DNA of 64,000 nt, taken from positions 10,702 to 74,701 of the forward strand of contig CAYUAG010000002.1 of assembly GCA_964442615.1 (NCBI GenBank), written 5' to 3'. Source of the stretch: an uncultured bacterium (lineage in GTDB: Bacteria; Zhuqueibacterota; QNDG01; CAYUAG01). The notes beneath the pieces were generated by a model. That model saw only the letters and a program-made list of their open reading frames with translations. It had not been told where the DNA came from and searched no databases. The position numbers and the translations under genes were made by a program. Below are positions 1-9,834 of the stretch, one piece after another; the first letter of the stretch is position 1; each line of letters starts with the position of its first letter.

Positions 1-301
1 CTGTCTCATCCGGAGAAGCATCCACAAAAGCCCATTGGTTTTCTTTGACCAATTTATGGATGTCCCAGCCAAATCCTTTCATGTTCCTCGAGATATCGTC
101 TGGCGTTTCCTCAAAAGTAACGAACACCCCATTCTGATTATAATCGATACATCCTGCATAAAGAAATTGCGCCGCAAAAACGGTTTTCCCTGAACCGGAT
201 GTGCCGCTGACCAGCGTGGTTCTTCCTTCAGGCAGGCCGTCATGGGCAATTCTGTCAAAACCTGAAATACCTGAAGAGATCTTTTTAAATTTCGCTTTCA
301 T
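1..301 (-). CDS. kaiC: KaiC-like clock ATPase, N-terminal ~100 aa only (gene runs off the left edge)
   Basis: My own reverse-strand translation from the ATG at 299-301 gives MKAKFKKISSGISGFDRIAHDGLPEGRTTLVSGTSGSGKTVFAAQFLYAGCIDYNQNGVFVTFEETPDDISRNMKGFGWDIHKLV... It has the Walker A GTSGSGKT and is nearly colinear with the KaiC CI domain as I remember it. It starts 13 nt after the kaiB stop, with an AAGGGA RBS. It is not in the ORF track because it is truncated. Confidence 0.8.
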   Translation of the reverse strand, partial: MKAKFKKISSGISGFDRIAHDGLPEGRTTLVSGTSGSGKTVFAAQFLYAGCIDYNQNGVFVTFEETPDDISRNMKGFGWDIHKLVKENQWAFVDASPDET

Positions 302-314
302 TTTTTAATCCCTT

Positions 315-596
315 TCATTTTGTTGTTGTCAAATCAAGCCCCAACAATACTTTTTCCTTGTCCGCCAGATCACCAATAATTTTTCTGACTGGTGGCGGCA
401 GGCATTTGATTAAGGCAGGTGTAGCTAAAATCTTATCCTCCTCTGCTAATTTGGGATGTTTTAGTACATCAATGACTTTGCATGAATAAAGTCCCTTAAA
501 CTGATCATCAAGGATGTTTTTTAAGTTACTAATTGCTTTTTGGGAATTAGCTGTATTACCTGTTATATAAAGTTTTAAAATATATTTTGAAGACAT
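315..596 (-). CDS. kaiB: Circadian clock protein KaiB
   Basis: 93 aa. [25 protein letters not shown]...[48 protein letters not shown] is almost motif-for-motif cyanobacterial KaiB. Its AAGGAG RBS lies in the last codons of the upstream XRE gene. Confidence 0.9.
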   Translation of the reverse strand: MSSKYILKLYITGNTANSQKAISNLKNILDDQFKGLYSCKVIDVLKHPKLAEEDKILATPALIKCLPPPVRKIIGDLADKEKVLLGLDLTTTK

Positions 597-599
597 CTT

Positions 600-803
600 T
601 TACTCCTTTTTATGTTTTCTACTCGTTTTTTTGTCTTTTAATCCAGCCAATCTCTGAATTTGTTTTTGGGCTAATCGGCTTGGCATATTCCTCCCATTCT
701 CCCAGCGACTTACTGTACCAAGAGTTACGCCAAGTCGATGAGCGAATTCTTCCTGGGTCATTTGCAATGCCAATCTTATACTTTTAACTTCGCCTCCATC
801 CAT
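600..803 (-). CDS. XRE-family helix-turn-helix transcriptional regulator (67 aa)
   Basis: IRLALQMTQEEFAHRLGVTLGTVSRWENGRNMP is a canonical XRE/Cro HTH, followed by a basic tail. The stop is 3 nt before the kaiB ATG. Confidence 0.8.
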   Translation of the reverse strand: MDGGEVKSIRLALQMTQEEFAHRLGVTLGTVSRWENGRNMPSRLAQKQIQRLAGLKDKKTSRKHKKE

Positions 804-1476
804 TAATCTGTATCCTTATATAATGATAATAAAGACCAAGGCTATCATAGCGCAAATGATATGCCTAATCACTTTACAAGCCATTTCAGCATATAATTTT
901 TTAATCTAAGTTATTAATTAATAAATACTTAAGATAATTAGTTAATAAATATTTTAAAGAATGAAAAAAAGAGAGAGGGGGGATAAAAAATAACTACCAA
1001 GTAGAACAATTTTATCTACATTACTGGTGATCAGAGACCTCTTCTAACCAATAAAGATTGAAAAAACCACTCCCAAACGAGTAGAAATTTTTCTTATCGG
1101 CAATCAAAAACTGTCCATTACCAGGTGAGATTGGAGTACTCTTAAAAAAAACCCGCATATCTTCTCTACCTCCTAAAAACGGGGAGCCGCAGTCCCTGAC
1201 TGCTGATTTATTTTTTTACTCGTATAATATGATCCCTTAGACATAATGAAGGACAGATTTTTATCCATATTTGTATTTATTATATTAATTATGAAAAAAA
1301 ATTTTATAAAGATATGATATTGCTGGTTTAACTTATGAATGTATAATTATTCAGGAAATCCGCCTCTTGTCTGAGAACCAAGGTTTTCTTAAACCAAAAA
1401 GACAGTATAAATATTTCATGAAACACTACACAATATATCTGACTTTTTTCCTTTTTATAATTATAAATAATTATAA

Positions 1477-2793
1477 CTAAGGTGCATCCATAGGATTAAT
1501 GCTTTCCTCAGGCAGTGCATATGCATTCTTTCTAAATCCTAAATTTACGCTTAAAATAGTAGAATTTCCAAAAAGAGAACGTCTGGTCACACCTATTCCC
1601 CATCTTTTTAACATAGGACAAATTTTATAGAGTTCCTTTATTGTCCATATCCAACCCTGATATAATTCTTCTCTGGTCATCAATTTTGGTTTAAATACTA
1701 CATCATTGGCTTCAAATTTAAGCCACCAGGCATCATCAATGAGCCTTCCCTCTTTTTTCATTTTTTTATAGAGAGCTGTTCCCGGATAAGGCATTAAAAT
1801 ATTAACTTCAACTACATCGATTTTACTCTTTAAAATAAAGTCCAATAATTTCTCAAAACAATCTTTACCCTGGCTATCAAAACCAACCACAAAGGTTCCG
1901 ACTACTGACATCCCGTGGTCATGAAGTTTATTTATGGTTTCAATATAGTCATTTTTCACATTCTGAAATTTTCCCGCTTCCTTTAGACTATCTATGAAAG
2001 GTGTTTCAAATCCAAGCAATAATCCCTGGCAACCACTTTTACTGAAAAGCTTTAAAGTCTCTTTATCATTGGTTATTGTAACCGAAGCTTGACTTACCCA
2101 CTTCTTTTTCAAAGGTATTAACTTAGTAAACAATTCTTTAGTATAATCTTTTCTCCAAAAAATATTATCATCTACAAAAAATACTTCATTTCCTTTCAGT
2201 GTTTTAACCTCATTGATCACATCATTTACAGGGCGTAATCTTACTCCCTTACCATACATAGATGATACTACACAGAAAGTACATGCATAGGGGCATCCCC
2301 GGGAAGTCTGAATCATGTTTACGGTTATATATTTATTTTTGTCAAAGAGATCTCTAACGGGAATAGGTTGATTTTGAAGATTAGGATAGGTATGGTTCTT
2401 ATACAATTTCTGCAAGCTTCCCTTTTTAAAATCCTCTAATAACTTCTCCCATATTCCTTCAGCCTCGCCAATAACAACTGCATCAGCATGCTTAATAGCT
2501 TCCTGGCATGCAACAGTGGGATGAATTCCGCCTAAAACAACTGGAACATCGCGCCTCCTGAATTCATCTGCTATTTCATAACTTCTTACAACTGTTTTAG
2601 AGTTAACCGTAATTCCAACTAAATCAATTTTAGAATCAAAATCCAGGGGCTGAATAATTTCATCAACAATTGAAACATCAATATCAGGTGGGGTCATTTT
2701 TGCGAGTAAAGCCAAGGCTATTTGAGGAAGATGAAAGCTTTTCCCAGTATTACGCACATCTTTAAGCGATGGTGATATTAATGTGATCTTCAT
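1477..2793 (-). CDS. B12-binding-domain radical SAM protein
   Basis: 438 aa. It has an N-terminal cobalamin-binding-like Rossmann segment (DLVGITV...VVLGGIHPT) followed by the radical SAM cluster motif SRGCPYACTFC. It is an isolated gene with ~500-bp and ~320-bp flanking gaps. Confidence 0.85.
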   Translation of the reverse strand: MKITLISPSLKDVRNTGKSFHLPQIALALLAKMTPPDIDVSIVDEIIQPLDFDSKIDLVGITVNSKTVVRSYEIADEFRRRDVPVVLGGIHPTVACQEAIKHADAVVIGEAEGIWEKLLEDFKKGSLQKLYKNHTYPNLQNQPIPVRDLFDKNKYITVNMIQTSRGCPYACTFCVVSSMYGKGVRLRPVNDVINEVKTLKGNEVFFVDDNIFWRKDYTKELFTKLIPLKKKWVSQASVTITNDKETLKLFSKSGCQGLLLGFETPFIDSLKEAGKFQNVKNDYIETINKLHDHGMSVVGTFVVGFDSQGKDCFEKLLDFILKSKIDVVEVNILMPYPGTALYKKMKKEGRLIDDAWWLKFEANDVVFKPKLMTREELYQGWIWTIKELYKICPMLKRWGIGVTRRSLFGNSTILSVNLGFRKNAYALPEESINPMDAP

Positions 2794-3303
2794 TATTATT
2801 CACTTTCTGGTTATAGATGCAAAAATTAAACATTAAAAAAATTTAATACTCTTTTCAGATAGCATAACCATAATCCAACCTTAAAAAACTTTATCTATAA
2901 TTTTATTATAAGATTTGAGAAAATAAAAATTTCATGAATTAATAATCTATCCTCTTATATGGTAAAAAAATCATATATTGTTAATTAAATTTTTTCTATT
3001 ATACAAAATTTTAATATTAATGTCAATATTTTTATGTACTGAATACTAATTATTTTTTAATTTTTTTTGGATTTACTGCCTAGTAATTAAAAATTACTTT
3101 TATGAGGAATTATGCTGTCATTAATAATCATTTCTTCTTAACTTTTTTGAATTATGGTAAGAAAGTAGGATTTAGCGGAGAATAGATATTATTTCAGTAT
3201 TAATTACTGCTGATATCTGGAATCCTGTCCCCAATAAAATTGAAATCCTGTTTTTAGATTATATTTTGATAAAAAATTAAAAAATGATCTAATATATTTA
3301 CTT

Positions 3304-4149
3304 TTAAATCTCTATTAAAACATTATCTATAAGACGTGTTTTTCCTACAAAAACTGCCAGAGCTATAAGCGCCCTGTCTTTAATAAAATCCAGAGATTCC
3401 AAAGTCTCAGGATGAACAATACTGATGTAATCTATCCTGTTATTCTTTTTCTGTGAAATTTCTTTTTTTATATACTCAGATAATATCTTAGTATTTTTCT
3501 CACCTTTCTGAACCATTACCTCAGCCCTGCAGAGTGATCTATTCAGAGAAAGAGCATCTTTGCGTTCATCTTCAGATAAATAGGTATTTCTCGAACTCAT
3601 GGCAAGACCATCTGGTTCCCTTATTATAGGACCAGTAATTATATCCAAATCAAGATTCAAATCCCTAACCATTTGCTTGATTACCACAGATTGCTGAAAA
3701 TCCTTTCTACCAAAAACTGCAAAATGCGGCTTTATAATATTGAAAAGTTTTATACACACAGTTGTTACACCTTGAAAATGGTTAAGTCGAGAAGCGCCAC
3801 AAAGTATATTAGTTATCCTATCCACATTAACATAGGTAAGAAATCTATCCGGATACATCTCTTCTTCAGAGGGATAGAAAATTATATCTGTTCCATTCTT
3901 TTCTGCTAAACTTTTATCTCTATTAAAATCTCGAGGATAATCTCTAAAATCCTCATTAGGACCAAACTGGGTTGGATTGACAAATATTGAGACAACAACC
4001 ATATCAGCCCTTTGGTATGCAATTCTCACAAGGCTTAAATGTCCTTCATGAAAATATCCCATGGTAGGAACGAATCCAATAATTTTACTCTGACTTCGTA
4101 TCTCATCAGCCCATGTAGACATTTTATTAATGGACCGTATAACTTTCAT
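3304..4149 (-). CDS. panC: Pantoate--beta-alanine ligase
   Basis: 281 aa. It carries GFVPTMGYFHEGHLSL (HIGH-like motif) and overall PanC colinearity. The start overlaps the exbD stop by 4 nt. Confidence 0.95.
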   Translation of the reverse strand: MKVIRSINKMSTWADEIRSQSKIIGFVPTMGYFHEGHLSLVRIAYQRADMVVVSIFVNPTQFGPNEDFRDYPRDFNRDKSLAEKNGTDIIFYPSEEEMYPDRFLTYVNVDRITNILCGASRLNHFQGVTTVCIKLFNIIKPHFAVFGRKDFQQSVVIKQMVRDLNLDLDIITGPIIREPDGLAMSSRNTYLSEDERKDALSLNRSLCRAEVMVQKGEKNTKILSEYIKKEISQKKNNRIDYISIVHPETLESLDFIKDRALIALAVFVGKTRLIDNVLIEI

Positions 4150-4556
4150 TCCTTCTCCATTTTTTGCTTGGTAGCAACAATTAATTTCTTAATCCCACTA
4201 TTTTTTGCAGCATCCATAGCCCTTATAACAATTCCATAATCAACACTTTCATCTGCTTTAATTACTAATCCCCTCTTCTTTATTCCCGGAGCAATCTCTT
4301 TTAAACGATTCAGAAGGTTTTCCTTATCAACCCTGTTCTCATTGATATAAAGGGAACCATCTTTAGTAATAAATAAAGTATATCCTTTTACTTCTGTTCT
4401 TTTTTTCATTGTAGTCTCAGGTAACTCTAATTTCATTGCAGGTTCTTCAATAAAACGGGAAGAAACAATAAAAAAAATTAAAAGTAAAAACAGCACATCT
4501 ATCAGTGAAGTTATATTAATATTAATCTTATGCTTTACTTTATCTCTAAACTGCAT
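4146..4556 (-). CDS. exbD: ExbD/TolR-family biopolymer transport protein
   Basis: 136 aa. INITSLIDVLFLLLIFFIV is a single TM, followed by a periplasmic domain typical of ExbD/TolR. No exbB/tolQ or tonB gene is adjacent. Confidence 0.8.
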   Translation of the reverse strand: MQFRDKVKHKININITSLIDVLFLLLIFFIVSSRFIEEPAMKLELPETTMKKRTEVKGYTLFITKDGSLYINENRVDKENLLNRLKEIAPGIKKRGLVIKADESVDYGIVIRAMDAAKNSGIKKLIVATKQKMEKE

Positions 4557-4706
4557 TAAATCTCCCAGTTTTTTACCTCATAACTCCGATATACTAGGTT
4601 ACAGGGCAGGCAGGGATTAACATTTTTTTAATCTAAAATAGTTAATTTTTATTCTTAAACCAACCGATGTTTCTTCTTTTAACTTGTATATAACTTAGTT
4701 AGGTAA

Positions 4707-6164
4707 TCACCCTTTAATGACCCCGATAGGCTTCATCCTGACAACTCTTTTTGATATTCCTAGCTTGTGGACTATCTCTGTAACCTTGTCAATCTCTTTG
4801 TAGGCTTGCGGTGCTTCTTCATAGAGAGTTCGTCTACCTCTACTTCTCACTATAATTCCCTGTTTCTCTAATTCACTTTGCAAAGATCTGTTCTGAAAAC
4901 TTCGTACTGCTTTACTCCTGCTCATTACCCGTCCTGCGCCATGACAGGTTGAACCAAAGGAAAACTCCATAGCTTTTCTAGTTCCTACAAGCACATATGA
5001 GGCTGTTCCCATATCACCTGGTATTAAAACCGGTTGGCCTGTTTCTTTATATTTTTCTGGAATAGAGGGATGATGAGGTGGAAATGCCCGGGTTGCCCCT
5101 TTACGGTGGACAATTATCGATTGTTCCTTTCCGTTAATGGTATGAGTTTCAAATTTTGCTATATTATGTGCTACATCATAAACCATACTCATACCTATCC
5201 GTTCAGCAGCTTCTCCCAAGACTTGTTCAAAGGTCTCCCGAACCCAGTGCATGATTACCTGCCTGTTTGTCCAGGCGTAATTAGCTGCCGCTGCCATTCC
5301 TGCAAAATACTTTTTCCCTTCAGAAGATTTTACTGGCACACAGGCAAGTTGTCTATCAGGGAGTTTGATATTGTATTTATTGACAGCTTGTACCATTTGA
5401 TTAAGACTATCATCACATACCTGATGTCCCAATCCTCTTGATCCAGTATGAATCATTATAGTAATCTCTCCCTTTTCAAGACCAAAAATCCGGGCTGTTT
5501 CAAAATCAAAAATCTCATCAATTACTTGAATTTCCAGAAAATGATTCCCGGAACCAAGAGTACCTAACTGAGGCATTCCCCTGTTTAAAGCTCTCGAGGA
5601 AAGTACTCCCGGATCAGCACCTTCCAGGCAGCCCCTCTCTTCGGTATATTCAATATCATTTTCCCATCCAAGACCCTGTTTTAAAGCCCATATGGAACCA
5701 TTTTCCAGCACCTTATTCAACTCCTTTCTGGACAATCTTAGTTTACTTTTTGAACCTACTCCACAGGGAATGTTTCTAAATAATCCTTCTACCAACTTGG
5801 TTAAAACATCCTTAATATCATTAAAAACAAGATTTGTTCTTAATAAACGCACACCACAATTTATATCATAACCTACACCTCCTGGGGATATAACTCCTCC
5901 TTCTAGGTTCAGACCTGCAACCCCCCCAATAGGGAAGCCGTACCCCCAATGGATATCAGGCATTGCCATAGAAGCTCCAATTATACCTGGCAGATGAGCT
6001 ACATTCACAACTTGTTGAGGAGCCTGATCCTGACGGATTTGCTGTAACATCTCTTTATCAGAAAAAATTATACCTGGTACACGCATACCTTTCTGATAAC
6101 TTTTAGGAATACGCCAGCGGTAATCATCCACTCTTTCCAATTTCCCTTCCCAATTTTTTTTCAT
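4707..6164 (-). CDS. rtcB: RNA 3'-phosphate/2',3'-cyclic phosphate ligase RtcB
   Basis: 485 aa. The signature metal and GMP-His motifs are present: GYDINCGVR, GSGNHFLE, HTGSRGLGHQ, CHGAGR. Confidence 0.95.
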   Translation of the reverse strand: MKKNWEGKLERVDDYRWRIPKSYQKGMRVPGIIFSDKEMLQQIRQDQAPQQVVNVAHLPGIIGASMAMPDIHWGYGFPIGGVAGLNLEGGVISPGGVGYDINCGVRLLRTNLVFNDIKDVLTKLVEGLFRNIPCGVGSKSKLRLSRKELNKVLENGSIWALKQGLGWENDIEYTEERGCLEGADPGVLSSRALNRGMPQLGTLGSGNHFLEIQVIDEIFDFETARIFGLEKGEITIMIHTGSRGLGHQVCDDSLNQMVQAVNKYNIKLPDRQLACVPVKSSEGKKYFAGMAAAANYAWTNRQVIMHWVRETFEQVLGEAAERIGMSMVYDVAHNIAKFETHTINGKEQSIIVHRKGATRAFPPHHPSIPEKYKETGQPVLIPGDMGTASYVLVGTRKAMEFSFGSTCHGAGRVMSRSKAVRSFQNRSLQSELEKQGIIVRSRGRRTLYEEAPQAYKEIDKVTEIVHKLGISKRVVRMKPIGVIKG

Positions 6165-6478
6165 TACTAAACTCCCTTAATAAAAGGATAGAAAAATAAA
6201 AATTAAAATCCCATTTAATTAAATAAAAAAATTATGGTAAAAAAATACAACATTATTCAAAAAAAAATTATTTTTTTGTTTGAATACCATTCTATTATTA
6301 AACGGAATGAATTTTTTATCCTTTGTGGATTTTTAAAATTACCTCATTCTTGCAATACTTAAGTCTACTCAAATTACTTTCAAAGATTAACCTCTGTCAT
6401 ACAGAATGGAAATTTTACTTTATAACACACTTTAATACAATTTTTTAAACCAATCATAAACTACAAAAGTTTCATTCA

Positions 6479-7273
6479 TCAATCAAGTAAATATTGATCT
6501 AATCTTCTATCTTTCAAAATATGATTCTCCGGAGTAATATTCTTATCCCGTGCTTCAACAAGATCAATATCTACTTCCTGGAAAGATTCACTTCCTTCTC
6601 CAAGTCGGAAGATTATTTCCCCTTTTGGATTAACAATTTGGCTCTGTCCTGTAAATGTAAGTCTCTCTTTCTTCCCCCGCTTTTCAGTTCCTATACGATT
6701 TGCTGTAATAATAAATACACCATTTTCTATAGAACGAGTAACCATTGCTCTTTGACAAAAAGGTAAAACCAAATTTACAGGATGACAAATAATATCTGTA
6801 CCCTGTAAAGCAAGAGAACGTGCAGCCTCAGGAAAAATCCAGTCAAAACATATCATCATTCCAATCCTCACTTCTCCAATATCCCAGACTTTGAAACCAA
6901 TATCTCCAGGAGAAAACCACTTTTTTTCTTCTCTAAAAAGATGTACTTTCCGATACTTGCCTATGAATCCGTCAGGTCCAATAAGTACTGATGAATTATA
7001 CAGCTTTTTCCCATCTTTTTCAGCAATCCCTGCTACAATATAAAGCTCAGCTCTTTTACACATTTCCTCAAATTTTTTCACCGTAGAAGAATAAGGTATA
7101 GGCTCACAGAGCTTTTCGGTTTCTTCTCTGGAGATAAACTGATATCCTGTTGTGCAAAGCTCTGGCAATACTACAAGTTCTGAATCTGTATTTTGTATAC
7201 AATTTTCAATCTTTTCCAGATTTTTCTCTTTCTTCCCAAATTCAGGAGCAAATTGATACAATGCTACTTTCAT
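6479..7273 (-). CDS. Carbon-nitrogen hydrolase (nitrilase superfamily) amidohydrolase
   Basis: 264 aa. The Glu-Lys-Cys triad contexts are present: LPELCTTGY, YRKVHLF, MMICFDWIFPE. Confidence 0.85.
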   Translation of the reverse strand: MKVALYQFAPEFGKKEKNLEKIENCIQNTDSELVVLPELCTTGYQFISREETEKLCEPIPYSSTVKKFEEMCKRAELYIVAGIAEKDGKKLYNSSVLIGPDGFIGKYRKVHLFREEKKWFSPGDIGFKVWDIGEVRIGMMICFDWIFPEAARSLALQGTDIICHPVNLVLPFCQRAMVTRSIENGVFIITANRIGTEKRGKKERLTFTGQSQIVNPKGEIIFRLGEGSESFQEVDIDLVEARDKNITPENHILKDRRLDQYLLD

Positions 7274-7393
7274 TTTTTGTGCCCTTCACTTTTTAGTTTT
7301 CAATGATATCCAACCTAACTTTTAATGTAAGAAAATAAAAAAATTTAGATATATTCCTATTTCACTCAAACCACAATAAAAATGTACTAATCT

Positions 7394-7762
7394 CTAACTT
7401 TTTATTTTATTGATTGCCTTAATCAAATCCTGATCATCAAAAGGCTTTTCTAATATTGAATCCGCTCCAAGATTTTGGGCAAGATTTAAATACTGTTTGG
7501 CATCTATTACACCACCCCCAGAGATGGCCAATATCTTAATATCTGGAAATGTATGCTTTAATTCTCTGATAAATTGAATTCCCTCTTTTTCAGGCATGAC
7601 AATATCAGTTATTATAAAATCTATTCCTGATTCTTTTTCTAAAATCTTTGTAGCTTCTTTTCCATTATCAGCTTCAAGTACATCATAACTCTCACCTTTC
7701 AATATTTCCACACACATCTCTCTTACTGCTCTGTCATCTTCAACAACTAATACTTTATTCAT
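7394..7762 (-). CDS. Single-domain response regulator (CheY-like receiver)
   Basis: 122 aa. It has VLVVEDD, DFIITDIVMP (phospho-Asp context) and ILAISGG. There is no output domain. Confidence 0.9.
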   Translation of the reverse strand: MNKVLVVEDDRAVREMCVEILKGESYDVLEADNGKEATKILEKESGIDFIITDIVMPEKEGIQFIRELKHTFPDIKILAISGGGVIDAKQYLNLAQNLGADSILEKPFDDQDLIKAINKIKS

Positions 7763-7903
7763 TTAATCCTCCTTTATTTGCAATAAGTAACACCAAAATA
7801 CTTTAACCTATTACTTAGATAAATTTAAGTAAATTGTGTATTATTTAAAAGATATACTTCTATCTTCCATTTTCTATCTTCTATTTAACCAAACCTCTCT
7901 TAC

Positions 7904-9718
7904 TCATCTTTTTTTTAAAATGACTGGAAGATATATTGTGAATGTAGAGCCTTCCCCTTTTGTACTGGTTACAGAAATTGCCCCATTATGGTCTTTTATA
8001 ATTCCATGTACTACAGAAAGGCCTAAACCTGTCCCCTTATCTACCTCTTTAGTTGTGAAAAAAGGATCAAATATCCTTTCTTTAATCTCTTTACTCATTC
8101 CAATTCCAGTATCAGTTATTGTTAATCTAACATAATCCTGCTCTTTTAACTCATGATTTATCCGAGCCTTATCTCTATCAATATGCACCTGATTTAATTC
8201 AATTGTTAATACTCCACCTGTATCTTCCATAGCATGGAGTGCATTTGTACATAAATTAATAATCACTTCATGAATTTTAGTTGAATCAGCCAGCACTTTT
8301 TCACATGATGTATCAATGTCTCTTTTTATTTCTATGGTTGAGGGAATAAATGACTGTAATAGTTTAAGTGCTTCCTCAACTATTACATGTAAATATACCT
8401 GCTTCGGTTTTGTTTCTGATTCCCGACTAAACCTTAAAATCTGATCAATTATTTCTTTTGCTCTTTGAGCAGCATTATTTATTTCTTCAATATATTTATA
8501 GGATGAATTTGAAGAATTCATTTTCTGTAATGCCATATTAGAAAATCCCAGAATAGGAGTGAGAATATTTTTAAAATCATGAGCTATTCCACCTGCCATA
8601 GTTCCGAGAGCTTTCAACTTTTGTGATTTTTGAATCTGTTTTTCTAGCTGCTTCTTTTCTTTCTCTGCTTTTCTTTGTTCTGTGACATCTTTTGATATCA
8701 TAAGAACATTACTTTCTCCTCTTATCGAGTCTGTGGGAATAAACAGATTATGGAAGTATCTGTTCATTATTTCATCCTCATTCTTCTGGATTGTACCAGT
8801 ATTTAATGCTTTAAGAGCAAGACTTTTTCTCTTATCAACAACATTTTTTGGCAAAAGACTATACAGATTTTTACCAATTAAATCCTCATCTAAAATACCA
8901 AAATTCTCATCCATGGCTTTATTAGTTTCAAGAATACTTCCCTCCTCGGTTAAAAGAACAATTGAATCCGGTAGAGCATTTAAGGTAATAAATAACTTCT
9001 TGTATTCCTCTTTTACTATCTTCAATTCATATTCTAAAGGGATCAGTAATTTATATTTATGAATAGTATACCCAATAATTATTGCCATAATTGTTGAAAG
9101 TGTAGTGGTTAAGGGTATTACTTCAATATTAAACACAGTTGGTATAATCTCTGTAACAATTCCTCCTACAAGAGGAATAGAAATGGCTGTAATCAGTAAC
9201 AATGCCTGTCTTTTTTCATTCTCTGATTTTGATATAAAATAAAATCTAATAGTAAGCAACAACCCGGTAATAATACATGCTATAACTGAAAAAGATGCAA
9301 AAATATAAAGACTGCCGTGAGCAGAAAAATACCCCCAATAATGTAATTCAGGAGGTTTTTCTACTAAATATGTGGTCTGATCAAGCAGAGAAAAAACTAA
9401 GGCATAAATATATAAAAAAAACAGGCCATACTTTACTATACCGGAATATTTATATTTTGTATAAACTATTATAAAATGCAAGAAAAAAACAGAGGAAAAA
9501 GTAGCTCCCCAGGTATCAAGTCGTGCCCAAAACAATGCGGTAGAAGCATTTTCTGTAGAAAACATAAAAAAATGTAAAATACTCCAAAAAGCAACAGAGA
9601 AAGTTAACATAAAAAAAAGACGATTCTCAAGTATTTTGGCATTAATATAAATTATATAAAGACACAGCAGAGAATTTACTATACAACTGAATAATGGAAA
9701 TAAAGAATAATAATTCAT
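7904..9718 (-). CDS. Membrane sensor histidine kinase (multi-TM N-terminal domain, PAS, HisKA, HATPase_c)
   Basis: 604 aa. About 6-7 hydrophobic helices span aa 1-220, then a PAS-like segment, the H-box GGIAHDFKNILTPILGF, and the G-boxes DTGIGM and GTGLGLS. Confidence 0.9.
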   Translation of the reverse strand: MNYYSLFPLFSCIVNSLLCLYIIYINAKILENRLFFMLTFSVAFWSILHFFMFSTENASTALFWARLDTWGATFSSVFFLHFIIVYTKYKYSGIVKYGLFFLYIYALVFSLLDQTTYLVEKPPELHYWGYFSAHGSLYIFASFSVIACIITGLLLTIRFYFISKSENEKRQALLLITAISIPLVGGIVTEIIPTVFNIEVIPLTTTLSTIMAIIIGYTIHKYKLLIPLEYELKIVKEEYKKLFITLNALPDSIVLLTEEGSILETNKAMDENFGILDEDLIGKNLYSLLPKNVVDKRKSLALKALNTGTIQKNEDEIMNRYFHNLFIPTDSIRGESNVLMISKDVTEQRKAEKEKKQLEKQIQKSQKLKALGTMAGGIAHDFKNILTPILGFSNMALQKMNSSNSSYKYIEEINNAAQRAKEIIDQILRFSRESETKPKQVYLHVIVEEALKLLQSFIPSTIEIKRDIDTSCEKVLADSTKIHEVIINLCTNALHAMEDTGGVLTIELNQVHIDRDKARINHELKEQDYVRLTITDTGIGMSKEIKERIFDPFFTTKEVDKGTGLGLSVVHGIIKDHNGAISVTSTKGEGSTFTIYLPVILKKR

Positions 9719-9834
9719 TTTCTAATCATCTCCAAAATATTTTTCATGTAAATTTTACCTTAATGATTTGGTAATGAAAATTCCACCATTGGACTTTAAA
9801 TATTAATTACCCATATCTGGCCTCTGATAATTGG

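Noticed and set aside
1188-1215. The hairpin gcagtc-cct-gactgc followed by a T-run, read as a plus-strand terminator of an unseen sRNA.
   Set aside because: The stem is only 6 bp. There is no plus-strand promoter or gene upstream. On the minus strand the same hairpin sits after the radical SAM gene, which is the simpler explanation.
5034-5441. Antisense ORFs nested inside long genes. Examples are 5034-5441, 8682-9062, 12992-13375, 14212-14541, 16568-16834, 33162-33518, 48680-49159 and 50236-50577.
   Set aside because: Each lies opposite a confidently identified gene. They have low-complexity, Ser/Phe/Ile-rich translations typical of the antisense of AT-rich coding DNA, and they lack an RBS.
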